Shown: piece by piece, positions 11,183 through 21,816 of the stretch | Position numbering within the stretch: position 1 is the first letter of the stretch | Layout: each line of letters starts with the position of its first letter | Assembly: GCF_001194135.2 (NCBI RefSeq) | Contig: NC_068986.1 | Location: forward strand, 80,405,663 to 80,447,615 | DNA from: Octopus bimaculoides | Lineage: Eukaryota | DNA: 41,953 nucleotides | Reading direction: 5' to 3' | Made by a program: the position numbers and the translations under genes | Notes under the pieces: generated by a model | Told to the model about the DNA's origin: nothing | The model's database searches: none | What the model saw: only the letters and a program-made list of their open reading frames with translations

Positions 11183-11559
11183 GTAAGTTGCCGATTCTGA
11201 AGATATTGAAACTTTTTGTATAATATGTTTATGATTCTAAAGTTAGAGAACTATCTAATAAGGATAGTCATTAGAATCGATGCAGTTGTGTTATATTGAC
11301 CTACTTCATGTATAAAGGTAGCCACTAAAATTGGTAAGTTAAGGACGGCGTTTAAGGGTGGTCACAAAGATTTGTACGATAGTGAAGATATGTAAAAATA
11401 GTGAACCACCAACACAAACCAATTAATTATATTCGACAAGCTGTGAGGAAGTTAGGCCGTTTCATTTGAATACATACAGTTTGACTGTGCCAAAAATGAA
11501 ACGTTCGACCACTAGCTAACTAAACTACTACATTTAAAGATCAGTGGTCATATTCACTA

Positions 11560-12450
11560 TCTTTTGTCCAGTTAGGCATTTTTTGTGATGGGAATTAATC
11601 TCTTTAAACATAAGTTTGGTGAATTTTCTAATGGATAAAACTCTGTTGGTGGTTAAAAATAAACTGAAATTAGAATCTTCAGCTTGGGAAATATATTAGT
11701 ATCCTAGAAGATAACATTATGGAGATATTAACGTTCTGTGTGCAAAGAACTGAAGAGTAAAAATTTGACCTTTAATGTCAGGAAGAATTTTTTGGTAAGA
11801 TTTTACCATTAACCATAGCGATGGTCAACATGTACACAAAATGTTTTGAAGAAATGATTTTAGCAATGATTAAAACCAAGCTTGTGGTTGAGGTGTTTAG
11901 ATGACACCTTCATACTCTGGCCTCATCAGAAAGAACTACAGGTACTGCTGGATAATTCGAATCCAATCAGTACTTCAATATATTTCATAACTAAAATAAA
12001 GACAATAAACTGGTTTACGTGGAAATGATAATTTTTACAGATTATGGACTATCAACATCCATATATAGCACGCAGTACTTGAACATTGATTTCTAATATT
12101 CATACAACAGGAAGAAAGGGATCGTCTTCGGCCTAAATACTATTAGGTGATAAGGAGGATTAGAAAATAAGTAATAACAAACAAACAAGAAGAAAAATAT
12201 CCTCGGTCTTCCCCACCAACAAAACGAAACAAACCTTCAGAATAATAACTATCTGGTAAACATAGGAAGAAGAGAGAGCTATAAGAGTTGATAATGTTAG
12301 TAAAAATCTGTTACAATTTGCTCATCTTATATTGAGGACAAGTGAGAAAAAATTCGGATCTTCGATCCATGAGACATCTAGAGATACCGAAAAACTAGTG
12401 ATGGGTTATCATTTGTAGGGAGAAAAGTCAATTCACCAAACCTTGTGGAA
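11560..12450 (+). mobile_element. Decayed Penelope-like element (RT + GIY-YIG remnants)
   Basis: IMEILTFCV, PLTIAMVNMYTKCFEE, (KP)SLWLRCLDDTFILWPH (RYxDD motif), later CSSYIE...IHE. Frameshifted throughout. Confidence 0.7.
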
Positions 12451-14442
12451 TATAAGTGATTTCAAGTTTTGGCACACGGCCAGCGATTTCGAGGGAGGGA
12501 TTAAGTCGATTAAATCGATCCCAATACTCAACTGGTACTTATTTTATCAACCCCGAAAAGGATGAAAGGCAAAATCTACCTCGGGGGAATTTGAACTTAG
12601 AAAGTAAAGACGGTAACGATTCTCTAAGCTCGTCACCTTAAGATAATGGCTGTGATACTTGGTTTCCTATCCATTTTATTGAAAGCCATGCAGTGGAACT
12701 GAACCAGTAACCATGTGGCTGCAAAGGAAACGTCTTAACCACACAGACAGGCATGCATATTTTGTGGAATATAATTGAGAGAAGAAATAAAGAACAACAC
12801 TGGAAGATGAAATATACTGAAAGAATTAGTGTATATCCTCTGCATTGGATATTCCAAATGCAATTGGATGCTTAACTACAACGGGTCTTTTGTAAGATAG
12901 TCTGACATCTATCTATCTATCTATCCACACACAGGCACGCACACACGCACGTACACACACATGTATGTGTGTGTATATGTGTATGTATGTATAAGTGTGC
13001 ATATATGGGTATATATGTAAATGTGTGTGTTTGTGTATGCGTGTATGCATATGTATGTATACATATGTGCGCATATGTATATAATAATATATAAATATAT
13101 GCATTTATCCATACATATATGTATATGCCTACATTTATATGTATACATACATGCATACATGGGTACAGGACACCAAGAAAAATGTTAAACACAATGAGAA
13201 AAGAAAACAGAAAAACGAAAACAGAAAACGAACTTTTTTCGAACAACGAAAAACACAAACAGAGAAACGAGATATGCAACACAAAGAGTATATCTCTTCG
13301 TCAGTTGTCCCTGTTCCATCTACTCCGCGTTTCGAAGGTAAGGACAAAATTATTATTTTGAACGCAAGATAGACGTGCATGAGAGAAGAGACAGAAACAA
13401 CACGTCTTTTCTATAGAAAGGCACTGAACAGAAAGACTGATCCCCTTTCGTCACGTGTCAGCGACGAGAGGGTCAAGGAGGAAGAGTGAGAGAGAGAGAG
13501 AGAGAGAGAGAGGGAACGGTGCAAGGGAGAGAAGAACAAGGAAAGGGTGGGAGAGAAAAACAGAAAGGAAGAAGAACAAGAGAGGGAGAGAGACAGACAG
13601 GGAAGAGATAGCAGTAGAGTGCGCATTGTAATTATTAAGATAAAACTTACTTGAAAAGGATGCGTAGCGTTCGATCATATAATAATATAAATAATATATA
13701 TATATATATTTCTTGATTTCACTTACTTTTTCCTTCTTCTTCTCCTTCCCCTTCTTAGCCTTCTTTCTCCTTCCTCTTGTTGCTGTACCTCTTCTTCTTC
13801 TTTCCTTCACACAAGCTTTTGTAATTTTTATACATACATACATACGTAAAAGACTTTCTCACTTTCCCGAGCGTCAAACTAATACGTCTGCTTATTGTTC
13901 ATACACTCGTCTTCGTCTTCTGTTTTTCTGTAAATTTCGCGCGCGCGCGCACACGCACACACACACACACTCACACACAATATAATTTTATAATTTTTAT
14001 TTTTTTATCATTCTTTTATTATTCTTTCTTTTCCCTTTTTGTNNNNNNNNNNNNNNNNNNNNNNNNNNNNNNNNNNNNNNNNNNNNNNNNNNNNNNNNNN
14101 NNNNNNNNNNNNNNNNNNNNNNNNNNNNNNNNNNNNNNNNNNNNNNNNNNNNNNNNNNNNNNNNNNNNNNNNNNNNNNNNNNNNNNNNNNNNNNNNNNNN
14201 NNNNNNNNNNNNNNNNNNNNNNNNNNNNNNNNNNNNNNNNNNNNNNNNNNNNNNNNNNNNNNNNNNNNNNNNNNNNNNNNNNNNNNNNNNNNNNNNNNNN
14301 NNNNNNNNNNNNNNNNNNNNNNNNNNNNNNNNNNNNNNNNNNNNNNNNNNNNNNNNNNNNNNNNNNNNNNNNNNNNNNNNNNNNNNNNNNNNNNNNNNNN
14401 NNNAGTGAGGAGTCTAATGCGGGTCATATGTGAGCATTTATA

Positions 14443-14723
14443 TGTTAAATAAAATGAGACAACAAAACCAAAGCAGTGTGAAATTTCTAGGACATTTATA
14501 AAGAGAAAGGAGTCTTGCAGCAGTTTCAGGAATATGAGGGATATCCCATCATCAGAGACGATATGAGAGAGTTAAATATTCTAATCCCTTCTATTTAACT
14601 CTCTCATATTGTCTCTGATGATGGGATATCCCTCATATCCATGAAACAGCTGTAAGACTACCATTCTCTTTATAAATGTCCTAGAAATTTCATGCTGCCT
14701 CGGCTTTGTTGTCTCATTTAATT

Positions 14724-14728
<5 letters not shown>
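14443..14728. repeat. Long inverted repeat (arms 14443-14578 and 14592-14728, ~90% identical, 13-nt loop) carrying a hammerhead motif on each strand
   Basis: Manual alignment of the left arm to the reverse complement of the right arm gives about 10 substitutions and 2-3 indels in ~136 bp. Confidence 0.95.
14611..14658 (+). ncRNA. Type I hammerhead ribozyme motif (PLE-type, palindromic stem III)
   Basis: GTCT CTGATGA TGGGATA-tccctca-TATCCA t GAA ACAGCTGT A AGAC. Predicted GUA cleavage after A14654. Confidence 0.8.
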
Positions 14729-14757
<29 letters not shown>

Positions 14758-14797
14758 TCTCAGTTTATTTACCCTCAGTATTGTATTCTATGTACAG

Positions 14798-14932
14798 GTT
14801 GTGTACGTTGCTGCTACCTTACCCTATATTTTCCTCACAATCCTGCTGATAAGGGGTTTAACATTACCGGGATCAATGGATGGAATTTATTACTTCGTGA
14901 AGCCAAACTGGGAAAAAGTAAAAAATATCTCG
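14798..14932 (+). CDS. SLC6 exon (TM5)
   Basis: acAG|GTT...TCG|GTAAGT. 135 nt. VVYVAATLPYIFLTILLIRGLTLPGSMDGIYYFVKPNWEKVKNIS. Confidence 0.97.
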
Positions 14933-15834
14933 GTAAGTGGAAAACTTTTCTTCTGCCGTCTCGAGTACATGTCATGTTTACTAAATATATGTATTATAGT
15001 TATAGAAATAGCAGCCAAGTTACCCTCATATCAAACCCTAACTTCTGAGCAGAAAAGTTACCGGTGGTAGATAATTATCACTCGAGAAAACCAAAGGTGA
15101 TCATCAGCTCTGTGATCCTTATGATTAGCAATGACCTAGTCATTTATATTTGAGAGAACAGGTATCAGAAATAATGGTGTAGGAAGTATTGCAACTGAAG
15201 TTATGTCTAACAGATCTTAATATTGTGGAAGGGCCCCACATCAGACTATAATTATACCAGCGTTTCTTCCAAGTGATTATAGAACCTGCTATTGAAAATG
15301 CTCGACAGGAAGCTGTTCATATTTGCTTAATTGTAACAACAAGAATTAAAGATTTATTTCTAACTATTGTACAAAGGGAGAATCGATTACATTGAACCCA
15401 GTATGTAACTCATATTTTATTTTATCGGCCCTTTGCCCTCCCTTCTTTCGAGGTCAAATAAGGTACTAGTCAAATATTGGAGTCGATGTAATAAACTAAC
15501 CCCCTCCCAAAAATTGCTAGCTTTGTGTCAAAATTAAAAAAAAAAACAATAATAATAACGATGGACATTCCCGTCGAAGATGACGTATGAGTCTTCAGCT
15601 TTTGCCAAATGACCTGCACAGATGATTTGTTTATAGTGATCAAATGTGCGTGCTGTAAATCAACTCATTCTCCATCAAAAATGATCTTGCCCGAACTAGT
15701 GTACGCTGTTCTATGTGTCATGTGCCTTAGTGACTGCAGAGCAACGTGAGATGAAGTCTTTTGCTCAAGAACACAACACACCACCTGGTCTAGAAATTAA
15801 AACCATGATCTCGCCTTGCACCTCCACAATAGTT

Positions 15835-15835
<1 letters not shown>

Positions 15836-15894
<59 letters not shown>

Positions 15895-15907
15895 ATAATA
15901 ATAATAA
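15836..15907. repeat. (GTA)n/(ATA)n microsatellite, representative of many (TA, CA, GA, TATG, TAC, CAT, AAT tracts) across the window
   Basis: Directly visible. Other long tracts at e.g. 3290-3318, 5143-5238, 12910-13160, 16726-16797, 21271-21507, 24431-24484, 35127-35185, 35747-35812. Confidence 0.95.
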
Positions 15908-16490
15908 ACGCCCTGATGCAGTACCAGGCAGTGGGTGTCATGGCTTCTGATCTTAACTGATTGGAAATGTTATCATGTAAATTGTTTTGTCTTTGTATAA
16001 AAGGTGGGCTACAACAAATATTCTGCTCAGTACCACAGATTTGCTTGTCAGTTGTTTGACCTTAGTGGCTCAGTTGAGCATGTCCCTTAGTGGCTAACAA
16101 TATGTGCATCTCTCATCACGAGCAGAAGTAGTGGGGGAGCATCATATCCATGTGTTGAGAGGAATTTTTTGGGGTTTGAATAATACGCCTCTGGAAACAT
16201 GAGTGCTTTGATCATCATCCCTAAACAAACGTTATGCAAGGACCTTTTGAGTAGGATGGGCTACTCGACCTGAAGAAAATTCTAAGTGGGTCCCACCTGC
16301 ATGTTCATGCGCTGTTTATCTTGATATGAGATCACCATGTCACGTACATATGGTTGTGATGCACGTGCCTGGTGTACCTTTATCAGACAGGTAGTCCTCA
16401 TGGGTATATTGGGTTTTGTATATTTTACCCCAGTGTCACTTTGATGGCATGCACTGCTGTCTCACTCAACAACAACAACAGCAACAACAA
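15905..16490. mobile_element. Interspersed repeat family D, copy 1 (~580 bp, no ORF)
   Basis: Colinear with 17112-17690 over its whole length. Both ends abut (AAT/AAC)n. Confidence 0.85.
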
Positions 16491-16494
16491 CAAT

Positions 16495-16723
16495 AAACCT
16501 TTCTACAATAAGCACAAGGCCTGAAATTTTGTGGGAGGAGACTAGTCTATTACATCAACTCCAGTGTTTCACCGGTACTTAATTTATCACCTTCGAAATG
16601 ATCAAGGATCAAAGGCAAAGTCTACCGCGGCGGAATTTGAACTCAGAATGTAGACACAGACGAAATGTTGCCAAGCATTTTGCCCGGCGTGCTAACGATT
16701 CTGCCAGCTCGCTGACTTAATAT

Positions 16724-16771
<48 letters not shown>

Positions 16772-17030
16772 CACTACTACTACTACTACTACTACTAATG
16801 GTTTCAAATTTTGCCTCAAGAGCAGCCATTTTGGGGGAGGTATAAGTCGATTACATTTACCCCAGTGTTTCACTGGTACTTAATTTTTCACTTAATTTAT
16901 CAACCCCGAAATGATGAAGGGGAAAATCGACCTCTGCAGATTTGAACTCAGAACGTAGCAACGGGCGAAACACCGCTAAGCATTTCGTCCAGCGTGCCTA
17001 CGATTCTGCCAGCTCGCTGCCTTAATGATA
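16495..17030 (-). mobile_element. Two tandem SINE family A copies separated by (TAC)n
   Basis: Reverse-complement matches to the family A head/body at ~16495-16715 and ~16790-17030. Other copies at ~10015-10110(+), 12456-12600(-), 17790-17930(-), 28740-28870(+), 31432-31640(+), 40165-40250(+). Confidence 0.85.
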
Positions 17031-17111
17031 AAAAATATAACAATAACAACAACAACAACAACAACAATAATAATAATGATAATAATAATAATAACAGCAA
17101 CAACAACAACA

Positions 17112-17690
17112 ATGAATGTCTTGATGCCGTACCAGGCACTGGCTCTCATGGTTTCTGATCTTAACCGATTGGTAATGTTATCATGTACATGTGTCTTGAT
17201 ATAAAGGATGAGCTACAACAAATATTCTGCTCAATACCACAGATTTGCTTGTCAGTTGTTTTACTATAACCACTTGTGCATGTCCCTTAGTGGCTGACGA
17301 TATGTGCATCTCTCATCACGAGCAGAAGTAGTAGGAGAGCATCATAGCCATATGTTGAGAAGAATTCTTTGGGGTTTGGATAATTCACTTCTGGAAACAT
17401 GGGTGCTTCGTTCAACATCCTTAAACAACGCTTAATCAAGGACGTTTTCAGTGGGATGGGCTACACGACCTGAAGAAAATTTTAACTGGGCTTAACTGGC
17501 ACGGCCATGCACCGTTTATTTTGGTATGAGATTACTATGTTGCGCACATATGGTTGTGATGCATGTGCCTGGTGTACCTTTATCTGTCGGGTAGTCATGA
17601 TGGGTATACTGGGTTTCGCATTTTTTTTTTACCCCAGTGTCACTTTGATGGCATGCGCTGCTCCCTCACTTAGTAACAATAATAATAGTT
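17112..17690. mobile_element. Interspersed repeat family D, copy 2
   Basis: Colinear with 15905-16490, diverged roughly 10-15% by eye. Confidence 0.85.
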
Positions 17691-18147
17691 GAAAATAACA
17701 AATAGCATGGTACTGTAGGCTGAGGATAGCAAGCCCGCTACCCATGCAAGACTCCAAGAGATTCAACAAAATCTGAATTACAAAGAAAAATAAAATGCTT
17801 CTTACTATAGGCACAAAGTTTGTGATTTTTGGAGATGAGGCTAGCCGATTTCATCGACCCTAGTGTGCAGTTGGTTCTTATTTCAGAGACACCCAAAAAT
17901 GATGGAAGGAAAAGACGACCTCGGTGCCTATTTAAAGTGTCTTGTAATATTCACTTGTTTCTTTATACTCTGGATTCAAATCTACTTGATTTACAATTAA
18001 TACTTCAAAAATTGATAAAGTAAGTCAAGTACGCGTACTAGGAAAATTAATTAACTGTCTTCCCCGGTTACGAACGCATTTAACTATGTTAGAAACCAAT
18101 AATTATGGTAATTGAATATATTTCTGTTTTCTTTTTCGTATTTCAAG

Positions 18148-18251
18148 GTATGGAAGGACGCTGCAACTCAAATACTTTTCTCTATTGGAGTCGGTATAGG
18201 TGGATTAGCAACATTAGCAAGTTATAACGACTTCCATAACGACTGCCAGAG
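18148..18251 (+). CDS. SLC6 exon (TM6)
   Basis: tcAAG|GTA...AG|GTAAAA. 104 nt. [34 protein letters not shown](R). Confidence 0.97.
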
Positions 18252-19537
18252 GTAAAACTTTCTCTTACTATCATTATCGGTGTGTTAACTGCGGTCAGTA
18301 TATTGGGGTAGAAGTTTATGGGTGAGCATTTTCTACCAAACTGTTATATCGTTTCAGTTTTGTGATTAATGATTTAAAATCAGGAATAAGCAATGTTAAA
18401 ATAATGTTCATCTCGATGAATCGAAACCTTTGCGCCTATGTGAGAGATCCATATTAAATAGATTGTGAGGTTCAGTCAAATGTGGTCGTTGTTTCACCAT
18501 AGGATAAGTAACGCTTAACATACATGAACGCATAATTTATTTATCCAAACGACAGGATACGATTTAAAGATCATATGATTCAAGTATAACATGCATCCAC
18601 TTATATGAGGGCTACAACGTTCATCCTGACATTCAGCAGTTAATCACATAGCATGCTATCTGACAGTCTATGCTTAATTTCCATTGTCTATACGTCTTTC
18701 TGTATGCCTGTACGTTCTTGTAGCAGTAATACACTAGGTTGTCTTCAAGCATTCTTGATTAAAGTTGGCTTTGTTACCAAGAGGAGACTTTATACTCTTC
18801 ATTCTACCAATAAGTCTTGGATAGAATTAGGTTGATTGCATTTCCATACCCAACTGCAGCTACTTCAATACACACTGTAGTATCTATATTCAGCTTGATG
18901 GACTGGGCAATTGATACTAAAGTGCATTGGTCTTGGAAGCAATACAATGATCTGTCACACCACAATACGGTACTTACATCTAGCTAGATGGACTGTTAAC
19001 TGTCAAGAATGTTCGCAATAGACACAGTAGACTGAGCTATTATAATCCAATGAAGTACCTATTTGCAGCTTGTTGAATCGCTATATCGACAATCCTTTGT
19101 TCTCTCCATGGACACAGTACAGTGATATTTTATACTACTCAGTGCGTGTGGCAATGCGAACTGGACAGTTGATAGCTGTATGATTGTACGCTACAATATT
19201 GACTCAGTACATTGTATCTATAAATTGATGAAATAATATTTGATAATGTTGGTATAGTTTTGATTTCTTACACTGACATGAACTCAAGGATGACAGATAA
19301 AATACTTTTATATGTAGATATTATTATGATCAAAATCGAACTGCCTGATTACTCTCTACTTTTTGGTCTCCAGCAACTCCAGCAACTTCTACAAGATTTT
19401 GAGAGGACTTTTGATATCAACAGTGTTTGAAGCAATTCTATTGGGACTATTTTATTCATTCCCTTTTTAATTCTGTATCCGGACTTATTAACACAGATTC
19501 CATTTTGTAAATTATGATTTATTTCAATTTCTTACAG

Positions 19538-19662
19538 AGATGCCGTCATTCTACCAATAATAGATGGATTAACTAGTCTTTTGTCTGGTTTGACATCGTT
19601 TAGTATCCTGGGTTATATGGCTCACATTAGAAAAACAGACCTTGACAATGTGATATCTAAAG
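19538..19662 (+). CDS. SLC6 exon (TM7)
   Basis: acAG|A...G|GTAAAT. 125 nt. (R)DAVILPIIDGLTSLLSGLTSFSILGYMAHIRKTDLDNVISK(G). Confidence 0.97.
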
Positions 19663-19733
19663 GTAAATTAACCATGCTATATCTAAAATGTCAATGTTGT
19701 TATTAATATAATACCTTAAGATATATTAAACAT

Positions 19734-20200
19734 GTTTCGAGCTTTGATCAAAAAGTATCGGGACTGCTGCTATAGAAAGAAAAGTACAACACATATCAGT
19801 TTGACATTTAATCTCCTTCGAAGTAGTCCCTTTCAGAAACCACACTCTTTATTCAGTGTCCTTTCCATCGATGAAGGCATTCGTGGAACTCCTTTTTTTG
19901 GATAGCGAGCAGCTTCCTCGTCGCATTCTCTTGGGTTTCCTCGACGTCTTGAAATCTTCTTCATTTGAAGTGGGATTTAATATTTGGAGAGATTCTTAGC
20001 TGTAATAAACTTCAGGTCGTGTCTCTTTCCACGTTCTCTCTCTCTCCCTTCTCTCGCTCTCTCACACCCATACTCACACACTTTCCCCGCTATGGTCACT
20101 GATGGAAGCCCCGCGGTAAGATGAGACGTCCACAATCTACACACTTTACTTCTAAGCGCTGCTATAAGCAACGGAAGTGAGCGAGCAAGTTATAACTTAG
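19734..20200 (-). mobile_element. Mariner deletion derivative
   Basis: Minus strand 19808-19980 gives RRFQDVEETQENATRKLLAIQKKEFHECLHRWK...DYFEGD*, the mariner transposase C-terminus. TIR-like TGATCAAAAAGTATCGGGAC at ~19744. Confidence 0.8.
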
Positions 20201-20296
20201 TGTAAGGCCTCTTACATTTAATACGACAATGTGATAACGTTGTCGTACAAAATCAATATTGCAAGAACCCAGCAATTCTTTTCTGTATTTTGCCAG

Positions 20297-20409
20297 GTCC
20301 AGGGATTGCCTTTATAGTTTACCCACAAGCACTTTCAACTTTACCCTTTGCTCAGATCTGGTCAGTAATGTTTTTCGCAATGCTGGTGTTGGTCGGCTTA
20401 GACAGTCAG
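20297..20409 (+). CDS. SLC6 exon (EL4 + start of TM8)
   Basis: ccAG|GT...CAG|GTAAGT. 113 nt. (G)[37 protein letters not shown]. Confidence 0.97.
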
Positions 20410-21201
20410 GTAAGTATTCGTTGGTCCGTTAATTTTGACCAGTTTTTGTGCCTGCGTTTACTTTGACGATGAACAGAAATATGCAACAGCTGCATTACCT
20501 TTCACCCATCTCATCAAATTTCCTCTGCTACTTTGTTCTCTGAACTTTCTCCACAATAATACTCACTCCTCCCTCTATACATCTGCATTAATTATCTTAC
20601 TTTTACAACTTTTCTTTACTTCTATATTTATCTTTTTTTTCTAGCCGAGGCCATGTATTGAAGCATGTTTGCAGTGCATATGTAATTTTGTATTTGAATG
20701 TTCTATAGCTTCTTTCATTCTCTCTCTTTTCTTACAAAAATTCCTTTTTCTTCACTCACGAGACATTTATTTATTCTGGGGTGGAAGCACTAGGCAGTGA
20801 TTTATATAAATGCAATGTTATTACCAGGTCGAATACTCCAATAGCACGTTCAGATTGTAAACAAGCCATTCATTGTGGTTTGTCATGGAGAAAATTTCTC
20901 GCTGTAGACAAATGATGCATTATTTACCTTGCGAGGACCTTTTATATAGATGCATGGGGTACAAAAACACACATATCCTTGGCAGAGGAGAATCGTGTAC
21001 TATGGGCGTTTGAACAACCAGATCACGTAATTTGGATGTGCTTTGTCTCTTCAGTGGCAGAATTATTTATATCATTTTAGGCGACAAATTCCATCGATTT
21101 TGCAATGGGTCAATCTCATATCCAATCAGCTCTCCATGTTTATTTGATTATTAGTCAGCTTATGTTGCTTGCAGTATTTTAAACAATTGTATTCTTCATT
21201 A

Positions 21202-21239
21202 TTGTCTGACGATCGGTTACGTGAAACTTTAAGTAGCGG
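21202..21239 (+). ncRNA. Degraded type I hammerhead motif
   Basis: TTGT CTGACGA t CG-gtta-CG t GAA ACTT-t-AAGT A GCGG. Core is intact, but stem I is mostly G-U wobbles and stem II is only 2 bp. Confidence 0.45.
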
Positions 21240-21303
21240 CTAATTAAGATTTTCAGCTTGACTAACCACTTCTCTCTCTCTCTATGTATACATACTTACA
21301 TGC

Positions 21304-21353
<50 letters not shown>

Positions 21354-21578
21354 CGACAAAGAAAGAGAGAGAGAGAACGAGAGAGAGAGGCATGCATATA
21401 CATATACATAGATGCACAGATACTCATATACAATATACGTACGCTTGCATGTATATGTATGTGTGTATGTGTGTATGTGTATGTGTGTGTATGTATGTGT
21501 GTGTGTACGCATGGGTGTACGCTTAAATAGAAAAGTATTTTTAGATATTCATAGTTGTATTTATATTTCTCTTAAATA

Positions 21579-21816
21579 TGTAGTGGGGATTCGAAACCGA
21601 ATCCCTGGATACGCAGTCAGAGACCATGAGCAACCCACCATAGCTTCATGTGATCGTATCCTTAATCGACCAATCAGCATGAAGCGGTGGCATGGGCAAA
21701 TTTTCTCCAACATTTTAGAATTTGTCTTCTGGTCCCCTACAAAAACCATTCAGCGCGCAATTTTACCTGCTAGACGACACAGGAAGATGGCTAAGACTCA
21801 ACCGGTCAACGCCACA
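21579..21816 (+). repeat. Gypsy 5' LTR
   Basis: TGTAGTGG...CGCCACA. Aligns with 24601-24856. Confidence 0.8.

Noticed and set aside
11197-11212. CTGAAGA-TATT-GAAAC just after the TM4 donor
   Set aside because: No stem II and stem I does not pair, so a chance core match.
13264-13304. Minus-strand CTGACGA followed by a GAGATA/TATCTC stem
   Set aside because: The stem is followed by GTTTC rather than GAAAC on that strand, so not a hammerhead.
12913-13985. Overlapping ORFs rich in YI/HT/CV/SL repeats (also near 5034-5418, 21282-21864, 34903-35835)
   Set aside because: Translations of TA/CA/GA/TATG microsatellites.
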